A stretch of DNA of 62,627 bases, filler included, from Basidiobolus ranarum (GCA_040143965.1; 15 parts of 15 records of this genome joined end to end with filler, not necessarily neighbours in it); one strand, 5' to 3'; counted from the whole stretch's first letter, positions 1 through 12,580 are shown. A program made the numbers and translations. The notes: generated from the sequence alone by a model not told the origin.

Positions 1-199
1 AGCGAAATCCACAAGACCAATTTACTAGTTGGTCTTCACGACAATAGGCAGCTGATGCATACTTGGCGGACGTCTTTAGCATGGACAGAACGGAGCTCTC
101 AACTGGGATATAAGGATCAGCTGGCTTGGGGTCCAAGTCTCCCCAGGGGAATGAGGCAGCTAAGCCAAAGAAAAGAAGGTATAAGCTCTGTGATAACAT
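1..199 (-). CDS. Secreted lipase (class 3), 5' fragment truncated by contig end
   Basis: Manual translation from ATG at 199: MLSQSLYLLFFGLAASFPWG...MLKTSAKYASAAYCREDQLVNWSCGFR. It has a signal peptide plus the YASAAYC..W.CG motif of fungal lipase 3 N-termini. Not in the ORF track. Confidence 0.7.
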   Translation of the reverse strand, partial: MLSQSLYLLFFGLAASFPWGDLDPKPADPYIPVESSVLSMLKTSAKYASAAYCREDQLVNWSCGFR

Positions 200-232
200 T
201 GCTAAGTGAGGACTAGCTAATGGCCATTGCTG

Positions 233-240
233 TTTATATA
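233..240 (-). promoter_or_regulatory. TATA box upstream of lipase
   Basis: TATATAAA on the minus strand about 35 nt upstream of the lipase ATG. Confidence 0.4.
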
Positions 241-1002
241 CTTTTCTTGCAGTTGAAGATAGAGCATGCTACTCTATGGATGGAATCAGGATAGACAATT
301 ACCCAGAAACTTGCCGCGACGGTAGTGGTTTCGATACCCTTTAAGGTATTCAATCTTGACTTTTTAGAAGATTTTTTGCTCGTGATAGTCTGCTGTGTGG
401 CTGTTACCCTATCATTGTAATGAAGGCAGTTGTATTGAACTTGGGTTTCCTCTGATAGAAATTTGCCTTTGTGAATGGCATTATCGGACAATCTGATACT
501 AGGCCCATACGGCTAGTATCCCATAAGATTAGCTTCATTCAGTAACCACAGCTTATCGTCACTGCCTATGACACTTTCAAGTCTAGAAATATACAAGGGA
601 GCATCACCGGGTCACATACTTAAGTGGCTGTCGTCAATGTGGCTTGTTGTTAACATGTAAAGAGGAGAAATGAAGTATTTCAAGTATTCAGTAGCTTTTA
701 CATGACCCATGGTTGGCTGAAGAAATAGTCATTAGGTAGAAATGTATACATCCAGCCATCTACCAATTTACCTCAACCCTTGCATTTTAACAACTTGAAT
801 TAGGCACTGGATAGACGAAATGATGATCAGGATTTTTAGCAAATCAGTCTCTATAACCCTGGCTACCACCAATACGATAATATTTTATTGAAATTCGATC
901 TAGGGTACTATGTAGTGGCTCAGTGTAGATACCGTGAACTTTAATGTCCATTTGTTAGTGTAGATACTGTGAGCAAGCATTGCCATAGAATATTCCACAT
1001 CC

Positions 1003-1039
1003 CTTTTCGTATGCTTTTTCGTATGCTTTTTCGTATGCT
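1003..1039. repeat. 12-bp tandem repeat x3
   Basis: Unit TTTTTCGTATGC repeated three times. Confidence 0.8.
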
Positions 1040-1224
1040 CCAAGTAATATTGTATTTTGGTGACAAGGCGAAACGTGACACATGTTTATTTATACGCCCT
1101 AATCCCAAATTCTGTATAGCGTTGATTTCTGATAATCATTATCAATAGGATATATGTAGAAGTTACAGTTGTAGAGAATGTCTAATCTACATGTTCCCGA
1201 TTGTTCACAGTTACTTTGATGATC

Positions 1225-1990
1225 TAAAGAAACTGGATATCCATGCAAGTATACACTTCGTATCTCTCCCCAAATACCATAGACATTTGTCTGATTGAGG
1301 AGCCTTTGTCTTCTAAACTAAGTGACTGATGTGGCCCTCTTCCCTTGAATTCGTTTTTCTTTTTCCCGATCAGAATAAATACCTAGGAGAATACCTGCCC
1401 GGTAATATAGAAAAACCCAGAAATCTACATGGTATCGACAAATTCAATATTGCCGGGTATACTGTCGCTATTTTGTGGTTGGCAAACGATCCGTAACGTG
1501 TCGTTATTTCCGTACTGGCAGGTACTAGTCATCGAACAGTGTAAAGAGCTAAGGGTTGTCCAAGATGAATAAATGATGACGTTACTTTATCCAGAGAATG
1601 GAATACCGTCGAGTTGCGCCAGGCTACGACTGCCCATATTGGTGGTCTATGGGTCAAGCAGAAGGCCGCACTAAAGATGAATTTATTTGGTGGAAAGGCC
1701 CAGAGATAAAGAGCAACCAATAAATTAAGAAAATAGCATAGATCAAACACAAAGTAGTGCCAGGATTCCGACTTACATATCAGAAATTGGACCGATACTA
1801 AAGTGACAGCCCCAAACGCATACCATTCCGGTATCCAGGCGGGTGCTCTTCCAAGTAGATAAGCAGCAGCAAATATATTGCTTACACCCACAACAAAAGT
1901 AATTTCATCTTTTAGTCTAACCACGTTTTGCTCTTGCCAATTCCGCGTCTTCTCTCATTTTTCCACAAGTTTTATCTTTTTTGGAAAGCA
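1225..1990 (-). pseudogene. GPC1: Glycerophosphocholine acyltransferase (Gpc1/DUF2838) pseudogene
   Basis: ORF 1529-1924 has WHYFVFDLCYFLN and AWRNSTVFHSLDKVTSSFIH motifs. Homology continues past a TGA at 1529 and a frameshift (FYITGQVFS*VFILIG..KRATSVT*), and there is an in-frame stop upstream. Ends approximate. Confidence 0.75.
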
Positions 1991-2698
1991 TTTAGAGTTT
2001 TACTTTCTGGAGAAGTTGCAGATATCGTTGTTGGTGAGTCTAATCTTCTTTCATTAAGATTTTTGAAGTTGTCAACTGGCTCGCTTGTCATATTTAAAAT
2101 GACCATACTAATACGCAAACAACTGAGAATTAACAATGCAGAGAAGGGTTCTTAATGTTGTTATGACGGACAGCTCAGATGGTTTGACACATATGTATCA
2201 TGACCCGGATTGCAGTCGTGATATGGCGAATAGCAATAATAGCAATCAACATTCACTACTTGTATCACTGATCCCAAAAGTACTAGACATCCAGGTATAT
2301 AAAGATCTACCACTAATAATATCCATCATTACTCTCTCTCTCCAGAGTAACTCACATTTGCTATCTATTGCTTACTTGAATGATACACCTTATGGTGCTT
2401 TGCCCACTATTTTAATCTTAATTATACATCATTTCTGGACATAAATTGTCTGTTCTTGTTGATAGCTTCTTGAAGCCATTGATTTCAGAATTTGAGTAAT
2501 TATCAAAATGATTTTATTTCAAAAAAGTATTGCTTGGGAGCACAAAATGCCTATATTTCTCTCCTGTATAACTCATTAATTTTGATACTTTTTTTTGAAT
2601 TCTCTTACTGTGCTAATAAGTATGAGTCTGCCAAAATAGATTCTAAATATTGTTTTATAGAACTACCTCCAATTATTCTTTATCCAGATATGGTGTAT

Positions 2699-2965
2699 TG
2701 TTGGATAATAAATCTTTATTCAACATCTTAGTTGACTTTATTTTTGATAGATATATCAGAAACAGAAAGCAACGTATCTATAGCCCCTATATTCTAAATA
2801 GGAATATCTCTATATCAATATAACAAGTATGTCTTATTACCCCCACCTATCTATTATATCTTATTACACAAACTCCTGAATATCTCAAACAATTGATTTA
2901 CTTTTCTACTATATAAGTCACCATTTACTCTCAAGAATAAAGTTACCAAAACACACTATCATAAG
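2699..2965 (+). repeat. Interspersed repeat family D (~265 bp, probable solo LTR)
   Basis: Starts TGTTGGATAAT and ends CTATCATAAG. Related copies at 4196-4305(-), 31271-31535(+) and 46040-46293(-). Confidence 0.7.
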
Positions 2966-3439
2966 ATTCAGATGCAAATTGGGGAAGAGATTTGAAGACA
3001 GGAGATCTGCAACAGGATATTTATTTCTTTGCTGTAATAGAGCTATTTCTTGGATTTCAACAAAACACCCTACCATAGCACTTTCAACAACAGAAGCTGA
3101 ATATATGGCTGCCTGTGAAGCAACAAATGAAGCAATATGGTTAAGAAAACTCTTAAAAGATTTGGGTTATTCTCAAAATTCACCAACTACAATATTTCAA
3201 GATATTCAAAGTGGTATCAAATTAGTTAAAAATCCCATGTTTCATAATAGAAGCAAACATATAGATATTAAGCATCACTTCATTAGAGAGACTATAGGAA
3301 ATAAGCTTAATGAGTTAACTTATTGTTTGACAGAAGATATGATTGCTGATATATTAACCAAACCATTAGCTGGATAGAAATTTAAGAAACTTAGACTTTT
3401 GTTAGGATTAGTTTATATAACTATGTTGGTGAGGGAGAG
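2966..3439 (+). mobile_element. Ty1/Copia pol 3' end (RT tail/RNase H) and polypurine tract, family A
   Basis: [24 protein letters not shown] and MIADILTKPL motifs; PPT GAGGGAGAG at 3431-3439. Confidence 0.92.
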
Positions 3440-4095
3440 TGTTCAAATTGGTTTTGCTTAGATGCCTATATAGTCATATATAGATTAGTACTTAGTTATC
3501 TTATAGTTCACTAATTTATTACCCATTATTCTCAATTGGAATCTACTTAGAAAATTTTTACCAACTTAGTGTTAGAGTATTTGGGAGCCTGTTGGAAGTG
3601 GTTTGGAGAATCAGAGGAATTAGTGGTTTTCACTTATTGATTTATGGAGTAGAAAGTTGACATTTATAGTTTAGTCAAGATGTAAACAAACTAATGTGTC
3701 AAATGTGTTAAGGAAGGTTCCAGGAACATGTGTGCAAAGTTTGGGGCATCTAGCACAAGTTTGAAAAATCTATATATCTGAGAACTTCTAAGTTGGTAAA
3801 AATATTCCAAGTAAATTCCAATTGAGAATAATTGATAATATCTTAGTGGATTATAAGATAACTAAGTACTTAGCTATATATTACTATATAGGTGCTTAGG
3901 CAATGCAAATTGCAACACTTAGAAGTTCTCAGATATATAGATTTTTCAAACTTGTGCTAGAAGCCCCAAACTTGGCACACATGTTCCTGGGAACTTCCTT
4001 AACTCAGTCTACATGTTAGTTTGTTTACATCATGTCAAAACTATAAATGTCAACTTTCTACTCAATAAATCAATAAGTGAAAATCACCAATTCCT
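3440..4095 (+). mobile_element. Copia family A 3' LTR interrupted by a nested LTR
   Basis: TGTT start right after the PPT. Matches uninterrupted copies at 22475-22822 and 38396-38742 once 3570-3922 is removed. Confidence 0.85.
3570..3917 (-). mobile_element. Family A solo LTR (348 bp), inverted, with 5-bp TSD CTTAG
   Basis: TG...CA ends; CTTAG at 3565-3569 and 3918-3922; reverse complement of LTR A. Confidence 0.88.
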
Positions 4096-4195
4096 NNNNN
4101 NNNNNNNNNNNNNNNNNNNNNNNNNNNNNNNNNNNNNNNTTAATTAATTAANNNNNNNNNNNNNNNNNNNNNNNNNNNNNNNNNNNNNNNNNNNN
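4096..4195. other. Artificial contig spacer (N44-TTAATTAATTAA-N44), first of 14
   Basis: Identical 100-bp spacers start at 4096, 8289, 12481, 16670, 20857, 25040, 29223, 33405, 37585, 41763, 45940, 50115, 54288 and 58459. The core gives stops in all six frames. Confidence 0.98.
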
Positions 4196-4305
4196 GATAT
4201 TCCTATTTAGAATATAGGGGCTATAGATATGTTGCTTTCTGTTTCTGATATATGTATCATAACTAAAGTTAACTATGATGTTGAATAAAGATTAATTATC
4301 CAACA
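4196..4305 (-). repeat. Repeat family D fragment
   Basis: Reverse complement of 2699-2810; ends ...ATCCAACA. Confidence 0.75.
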
Positions 4306-4794
4306 GGTTGCCTGGCTTGTTTTCCATATATATAACCCTCACAAATTTCCATTTTGGTTGGGGAGGTTAATTTGAATTCCAGAAATTAGGCAATATTTGA
4401 TTATTTTGCTCAAATAATCAAATCAAATATGGCCAAATCTCTTATGCCATAATTAAGTAGTTTCTTGATTGCAATAACCTATCTCTACATATAAACCTCT
4501 TGGATTATATGTAAGCTTGTACAAGTTTTGATCCTTTTCTCCCAAAGCTAAATAATTCCCATTGTGATCAGTGATGGTGCATCCTGACTTTTATTAATGC
4601 ATATCATGCAAATTTGCCAGGAACATTTCAGTGTACGGCAAAATTAACAACCGGTAAAGACAAAGGGCAGAGATGCAAATATAGGGCAAAAGAACGTAAA
4701 CTCTGCGGACATCATCTGCGTCATCTCCATGAAACTTTTTTAGAAGATAAAGAAACACTTTCGGAAAGATTGAACACAAGAGATCTTCAACAGT

Positions 4795-5112
4795 TACTAA
4801 AGTATTTGGAAGCCTGTGAGGAGTGGTTTGGAGAATTAGAGAAATTGGTTTTTTACCTATTGATTCATCAAGTTGAAAGTTGATGTTTATAGGTTTGTCA
4901 GGATGTAAGCAGACTAATGTGGAGAATAGGCTTAGGAAGGTGCCAGGAACATGTGTGCAAAATTTGGGGCCTCTAGGACAAGTTCTCAAAACTCATATAT
5001 CTGAGAACCTCTAAGTAAATTCCTCTTGAGATGATAGATTAGTGAAATATGCTATAATTAATACTAAGCTATATATCACTATATAGATGTTTAGGCTATG
5101 TTAATTTCAACA
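4795..5112 (-). mobile_element. Family A LTR (degenerate, internal deletions)
   Basis: Similar to 3570-3917; ends TTTCAACA. ORFs 4594-4989 and 22626-22835 translate the same LTR. Confidence 0.8.
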
Positions 5113-7350
5113 GAGAAAGCTATCAAAAATTACTTTTATAAAGCTTATTTCATATATTAGAGAGATCTAGAAACTCTGTTTATAAAGAAAAGATTCACCA
5201 GAGTATGCAGACAACTGACTCGAAAATTTGGCAATTTGGAATAGGCCTAGCCATGCTAAAACATTGTATGAAACCACCCGTTACAACATAGAGAACCAAA
5301 AAATAGTTACTGGAAGAAAAACAGTGAGTTCAAAGCTGCTATACTGATAGTATTGAATAATGGAAAAAGCATTGCAAAGAGTAGAGGAATCACTTTTATA
5401 ATATCGGAGACTGTTATTTGGGTTCTGATAAGTTACGTGTTAAATGTGAAGTTGTATCATTTGGAATATACCTGCAAAAGATATGAATCAGTTATATATT
5501 GGTGTCTAAATAAACATGCTTCAATGGATATATGGGTAACTGAATTCTAAAACTTCGACTGCAAGTAAAATACCATCAACACATGTGTTCATCGCTCATA
5601 GTCTTCTGCTATTTAACAATCTTGTGTAAGACGGACAGACTCTAAGATCCCCTTCTATGAATCATGGCAATGCATTTGGCATAGACCTGATCGGTATTCA
5701 AGGTGCATGGATAACCAGAATATATGTGAGTTGCCGCATTATTAATAGACAAACACTATGGACATATTTCCAGTGTAAATGGTTACAAAAGGTGGTCACC
5801 AAGAACTTGCGTTGAGTTTATTGTTTGGAGATTTCAACCTTAGTAATGTATGCTGACCATCTTGGACCATGGTGAACGAAACGGAATGATCAAAGAGAGG
5901 ATACTCTGTCCCAGAATATTTTTGCTTCCTATTTTTAGACCATTTTACTCCTTAAAATATATTTAGATTCTATGTTTAAAACAAACATGAATCAACATGA
6001 TAAGTCCAAAATGAGAAACAAAGCGATCTAGTGAAAAAAATTAGCCTACACACAGATAAGTACCACGCAGATGAAGGTTTGAGAATGGCCTCCAAATTTA
6101 CGAAGTCTGTGTCAGGCTTTGTTGTACACTAAGCGTGCTTCAAATACCGGCTGGCCTAAATCTCCAAAGCAATGAAGTTCTTGCCAAAGCTAAATATCAC
6201 TTGAGTCTCAGTATACTTGACTTAAGTGGGTGCTATATGGTTGGCTCCTTGCGAGTGGTTTCCAGCCAATAATGGCTTGAAAACAAACCTTTGGCATTAC
6301 TAGCTGATCTACGAGGCCGATATCAAATGGTGGTACATGGCTGCCAAAGCAATCTGTATTGCGCGCCAAACTCATTTTGAAACACAAGCATAGATTGAAT
6401 GTTTACATGAGAAAGTACGATCTTGCACGTTGGTGGCAACATGATTGGTTGTGTTGGCTTTGAGGAGAGAAATTGGATAGCATGATGCATGTTTGTGGTT
6501 ATCGGGCAATTATGATTGAGTGAAGGCCGCTCAGAATTGGATACATGACGAGGTTCTTATGACACTTACAGATCATCATCTATACTCCAATCCACATAGA
6601 GTGGATGCATTGGGGCAAAAGCGTTGGAATAACCAGGAGACTCGGATAATCAGGCACCGGATCACCAACAGGAATTTGTGTGTACAGCTCCAGCCAGAGC
6701 AGGATTCCACAGTGGTATGTGCGCTTTCGTTGTAGCAAGTCTATTTCTCTCATTCCAAATCCATGGTTGCTGAGAATTCCTCAAAGAATGTCCACAAGGC
6801 TGTGATGGCGCTGCGTTGGCCACGACATCGCCAATACATATCCAATTCGATCCCTAGGTGTTGGCACCTTGATCATATTTCGCACAGGAATTCTCAACGG
6901 ATTTCTACCAATTCTAATCAGCTCTAATGATTTCGATGGTGACCTTAAACGGAAATTGGTTGCCTCATTCCGCCTCATCAGGCGCCAATGAAGTACCCTC
7001 GGGTTTTAGTAAGCAGCTATTTCTGCAGGATCCTCTCCATGTTAAAACTGATATCATCATGCGATATATGATATTATGTTATGCTGCGTACTCTCCGATC
7101 CATGCTGCATGCTTGGCATTCGACGCATGGTTACAATGAAGTATGGCGAATGTTCAATTGTTGCCATTTTGGGTAGCCAATTTAAGCTTCACTCCAATAT
7201 ATATTACAAACACTCTCAAAGGTCTCTTACGGATTTGTTTGATTTTGCAGACTTCGGTTGCTTCCTTTTACAAAGATTTAATTTCCCGTACTCATAAAGG
7301 CAGCAAGATCGAAACACACTAGAGAACACAATCCTCCAACTCTACTCACG

Positions 7351-8288
7351 ATGAGCTACAACTCTGCGAAAGCTCCAAACCCCCGACGGAAGTATTATAT
7401 TATCGGAGCTGTGGTTTTTCTAATACTAGCTATTATAGCAATAGTTTTAGGAGTGGTGTTGACTCGAAAGGACTCTGATGGTGTAATGCCAACAATTTGT
7501 ATCACTGGTTTGAACGAAACTATTTCTTTAGTCCCCAACGCTACTTCAACCACTTTATCCGAGTTAGAGCCCTCTCGCAAAGGTGGAATTAGCAACTTGG
7601 TTTCGGCCAATGCTAATACAACAGGGCTCTGTTACTCAGTTTTAAACAACCTCTACGACATAATTCCTGACTTCTCTGGGACAGGATATAAAGCGGGTTT
7701 GGCGGACATTCCTGTAGACATTCCGGTTGTTCACACCATCTCGCCTAGCTCCGATGGTAGTGATGACACGAAACGAATTCAAGATGCAATCAACACAGTT
7801 GCGTCAAAGACGACTGACAAGAATGGTTATCGGGGTGCACTTTTACTCACTTCGGGGGTGTACCGTTTATCCGATTCTGTAAGTATCTCTAAAAGTGGAG
7901 TTGTTTTACGTGGTGATCAAAACGGAAATACCACTTTGATTGCTACTTCTCCGCGTACGTATACATTGATAAAGGTTACTGGTCCTAATGGAGGTATAAG
8001 CGGATCGTCTAAATACAATATTGTTCAGCCTTATGTTCCTTTGGGCGCATTTCAGTTGACTGTAAAATCCGGTGATTCCCGCAATTTTAAGGTTGGCGAT
8101 GACATCTTGATTGCTCGCAAGGGAAACGAAGATTGGATTAAAGAAATTAATATGGCCGATCTCTCCAGCAGAGATCCAGCAGGGCGCCATTCAAAAAATT
8201 GGGTTCCCTTAGAGTCGACTTTTACCCGAAAAGTGACTGCGGTAGACTATCGTACGGGTATGGTTGCTTTCGATGTGCCTTTGACAAA
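7351..8288 (+). CDS. Signal-anchored pectin-lyase-fold (Pectate_lyase_3-like beta-helix) protein, 3' truncated
   Basis: N-terminal TM helix (IIGAVVFLILAIIAIVLGVVL), then IPDFSGTGY, DDTKRIQDAIN, GALLLTSGVYRL and SGVVLRG motifs. No intron in the visible part. Confidence 0.75.
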
Positions 8289-8388
8289 NNNNNNNNNNNN
8301 NNNNNNNNNNNNNNNNNNNNNNNNNNNNNNNNTTAATTAATTAANNNNNNNNNNNNNNNNNNNNNNNNNNNNNNNNNNNNNNNNNNNN

Positions 8389-9453
8389 GGCGCGTCTGAC
8401 GACATCAGCCAGTTCGTAGATGGTCAACATCGGGTTTCCAGTGTCACCATTCTTTCTGTTATTTCCGTTGATAAAGAAAGTAGCCTTAACGTTCACTTCG
8501 TCTAGATAATCCAGCAATCCTGAAGTCAGCACACTTGGCCCATCATCGTAAGTGACCGCAAAAGTTCCAGGTGTAGTACAACTAGTAATCACCTCGGCCT
8601 TTATTTTATTATCGCAAATGCCGAAGTCTTTTTGACAGCCTGTAGAGCAGTGATCCGAGGTGTAGCCACAGTAACCACCTTGACCGCAACATAAGCCAGG
8701 TGCACAAGAGCCGTATTTTGAGCCACACTGTTCATCGAGGTATTTCAGCCCAATTGGAGTTGAAGTGGCAGTAGCAGTATCAGTAGTAGTGGCAGTATTA
8801 GAAGTAAAAGTAGAAGTAGGATTGATAGTGCTTGAGCTGGTAACTGAATCTGTGGAGGAGATGCTTGTAGTCGTCTCTTGTCCATTATTACAGGTACCGA
8901 AGAGTTTCTGGCAACCTCCTGTACAATGATCAGAAGAGTATCCACACCAACCCCATTCACTACAACATAATCCTGGTGCACAGGTACCATCGTTAGAGCC
9001 GCACTGCTCATTGAGTTGTTTCAATGGTGTTGAGGTTGGTGTATTTGTGGTGGTTGTTGTGCTACCAGTATTGCAAGTACCGAACTGTTCCTGGCAGCCT
9101 CCTGTGCAGTGGTCGGATGAATAACCACACCAGCCCCATTCACTACAGCACAAGCCTGGTGCACAAGAGCCAAATCCGGAACCGCATTGCTCATTGAGCT
9201 GCTTCAAAGGGGTTGAAGTCGCGGTGATATTTGTGGTGGCTATCTTGGAACCTTCATCACAGCTGCCAAAATTCTCTTGGCAACCTGTAGAGCAGTAATC
9301 GGAAGTAGAGCCACAGTAGCCCAATTGATTACAGCATAAACCTTGTGCACAAGTACCATACTCGGAGCCACACCGGTCGGAGATGTACTGCGGGGCGCCT
9401 TCGATGGATGTTGCAGCCAGTGCAATACCGAGCAGAGAAAGAAAGAATTTCAT
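8389..9453 (-). CDS. Secreted chitin deacetylase (CE4/NodB) with four CBM18 hevein domains, 3' truncated
   Basis: Signal peptide MKFFLSLLGIALAA (ATG 9453), four CG..C..GLCC..GxCG..C..GCQ..FGxC modules, Thr-rich linkers, then TYDDGP and ATFFING. Confidence 0.92.
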
Positions 9454-11531
9454 GGTTAAGAGCCAGATACCCAAGAAATCTGAGGAAGTAATAAGAAATT
9501 GGCCTGACTTATAAAGTGAATGGTGTCAGGCGATGAACAACGAATACTCCGATTCAAATAACTAGTTACTTACCAAAATCAATGAATTGTGGAAGATAAT
9601 CGAAGTGGGAAGTATTACAAATTCATCCTTCGTCGTACTTGACGGCATCCCCGTGGCTATAGCCTACTAGAAGCTTATTGGAAGTGATAGGTGCTTTGAG
9701 TTGCGTAACTGTAACACTGCATTAGCCAACGATAATGCGAGTCGCTCAAATACGCGTGTCACAAGATCCGTACTACCCGCCAAAAGAGTAACTCCACCTT
9801 AAACCGGAGTGGAGCGGATTACCTATCTAGCTCAGTCTTCCCCTACAAGTGAGGAAATGGAACTAGAAGCATTCTATATTCACTGGTATCCACTTCATTA
9901 CTTTGATTGATCACTGGGGGTTACCCGGTTTAACAAGTGCAGTTTCACCTTAGTCGAGCTAAATACATCGAGCACTAATATATATATGAATATATAGTAA
10001 GAAAACTGGCTGCTACTAATGTAGATTCGTCTAGATCGTGTTAGTATTTATAGTACTCATAGATCTAAATGGGGTAAGGTCTGACAAAAAGCTGTCTTGG
10101 TTCGCTTTTTCTGATCGATTAAGCCAAATTGGTTATGGATATAGTAGTGGTGTGGAGTTAATGTATTTTCACGGAGTGAACACTGAGAAATCACCGCTTA
10201 TACGCCATACTTCTTATTTTCAAGCCCTTCACCGAAAAGGAAATACACGAGAAAATATAGTACCACAGTCGGCAACCAAAATGCAGTCTATGAGTTAGAG
10301 ATGGCAAGATACATGCAGGGAAGCTCCCATTGAATTAGGTATTAACGGCACCCTAGGTAATAGGATCGGTACCAACTAATATGTTGAAGCTGTTCAGACA
10401 AATCTCATAACGTATCTGAATAAATGGTCAACTGTAACGGATGTTGTACCTCGGGATGAAGTAACTATCCAAGCAAATCAATACGGTGAGCATATAGGTT
10501 CATTATCAGGGTTTGAGCAAGCACCAGCAGGATCAACGATGCTCTAGCTAAAATCTTAAATTGCTTATACATATAGATTAATCATTTTTTACAATGGTTC
10601 TACGATCTATAAATAGATAGCGATCACCAGTCCAAGGTAAATTAAACAAGAGATATCCAGCCATTGCTCAAAAAAAGTAGTTGCGCCTGGTAAGACCCGA
10701 AATTGTTCAAACATGTTATTATAAGCTAATGGGAGAGGGAGAGAGAGTGATAGGGATTCTGAGCCATTCGCTGATACAGGTGGTTACTTCAACATCGTGA
10801 TTAGAAAAATCTTGAATTCCGCGGTAAATATAGTCCGGGGTGATACATCTGCAAGCTCTTACAAACAAATGCAAACCTTCACGGTTTGTCGTCCATTGTT
10901 GCATGATATTCCTCATTCAAACTTGTTGGTAAATACATCTATCACGTAATGACCGTAGCATTATTCGCTACTACGCATTTGTGGCCATACTCCCAATGCA
11001 GGCATCCGCCACGTTGATATTCACCATAACACTGTTGACTCTGTATGTTGTAAAACACTGCTATTCTGTGCTTCAGAAACTGTCAACCAATGCATAGTTT
11101 TATCTTCTCGGTAATTGATTATGTCACCAGCAAGTACGATTTGCGAGATCCAAAATCATCACAATATCTATGATCTGATTTTACAAGGTGTAGAGTGCCC
11201 AATCGAATTGTACAGATAGTTTCCATATGGCAAGCTTAATTGATTAACATGGACAGAAACCCAGGAAAAAAGTCATCAGTTTCACTTACACATTTTCAGC
11301 AGTATTGCTGGAGGCCAATTGGCTATATCTATATATCTATCTGCAGCCAGTATCAATTAGCAAGAATTGATAACCTTTCTACTAGCGATGTATGTGTCAG
11401 TTAACTGCTTTTCTTTGCGTACCTCAACAAGAAACAGGATTTATCCGAACAAAAAGAGTTTACCAACAGTAGCTATGTGTGTATTTGTGTGACGGTGAGA
11501 TATGATTTAGAAACAGTCATAGGAGTAAAAA

Positions 11532-11604
11532 CGAGGCGCATGGGACTCGAACCCACAATCCCCAGATCCGAAGTCTGATGCCTTATCCATTAGGCCAACG
11601 CCCC
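11532..11604 (-). tRNA. tRNA-Arg(UCG)
   Basis: GGGGCGTTGGCCTAATGGATAAGGCATCAGACTTCGGATCTGGGGATTGTGGGTTCGAGTCCCATGCGCCTCG; full cloverleaf followed by TTTTT. Confidence 0.93.
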
Positions 11605-12436
11605 ACTTATAATTATAAAAGTAAACATTAATGTCAGATGCCACGCTACTAATGTTCAAGCATTAGATAGGGAGCTTGCTATCATCGTCTCTACATTGCT
11701 GAATGTATCCTACTTTGGAGTAGAAGTCAATCTAATACTGCAACTGTTTATTATTCCCATGATGAGGTATTTATTCGATGACTTTGGAGAAGTTATCAAG
11801 CGGTAGGATATTTGGAGATATGGTATTAAACCTGGGTATTTATAAACCTACCATGTGCTATAATAGCATAAGTACCTCCACCTCATACTGAGCAAAAAGT
11901 TGTAATTCAAAGGCTGCAAGATTGAGAAGTGAATGGAAAACCATCTATCTGACGCTATATTTCAGGATGAAAAAATTGTGACCTAGTAAAACCATTCGGC
12001 ACCTATTATGGTACTTATTAAGAAAACTAGGAACTTTATTTAGATGGTTGAATCCAAACATATTATTTATATCTGATGGTATGTAAAGTATTCGTAAATA
12101 CACATGAGAGTCGAGGGTTAATCGTGATTCCTGCGAGCGAGTTCCTTTTAACATTCATTGTTATAGTTTTTGTGCCCCTATTGACGACCATAACGAGAGC
12201 GAAGGTAGCCTTGCGGATTATTTCTGCCTAAGGTTCTCTTTCATGTTTATCATCGTACTGATCTTATCCGGGACCAAAATGTGAGCGAGGATAGATTTCC
12301 TGGCCGCTTCTATCTAGAACCTGAGGCGTCTATACTGCCCCATATCAACTGACAAAAATTGACAAACTCAATGAGCAGGTATGTGCACTTAGTAACTATA
12401 TGCTTTTTAATTTGAAATCCAGTCGGGCAGCAAAAA

Positions 12437-12480
12437 CGAGTCGCATGGGACTCGAACCCACAATCCCCAGATCCGAAGTC
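12437..12480 (-). tRNA. tRNA-Arg(UCG), 3' half (contig break)
   Basis: Near-identical to the 3' part of 11532-11604 with one acceptor-strand difference; TTTTT terminator. Confidence 0.85.
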
Positions 12481-12580
12481 NNNNNNNNNNNNNNNNNNNN
12501 NNNNNNNNNNNNNNNNNNNNNNNNTTAATTAATTAANNNNNNNNNNNNNNNNNNNNNNNNNNNNNNNNNNNNNNNNNNNN

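Noticed and set aside
1529-1531. TGA read as Trp (alternative genetic code)
   Set aside because: The same pseudogene also has TAG stops and a frameshift, and intact genes use TGG for Trp with no internal TGA.
4140-4151. Regularly spaced TTAATTAATTAA palindromes as a biological repeat or CRISPR-like array
   Set aside because: They are always embedded in N runs and are a six-frame-stop assembly linker.
4594-4989. ORFs 4594-4989, 22571-22768 and 22626-22835 as a small gene family
   Set aside because: They are chance translations of LTR family A.
7351-9453. Convergent CAZyme pair (lyase-fold protein and chitin deacetylase)
   Set aside because: They are on different contigs joined by the spacer at 8289-8388.
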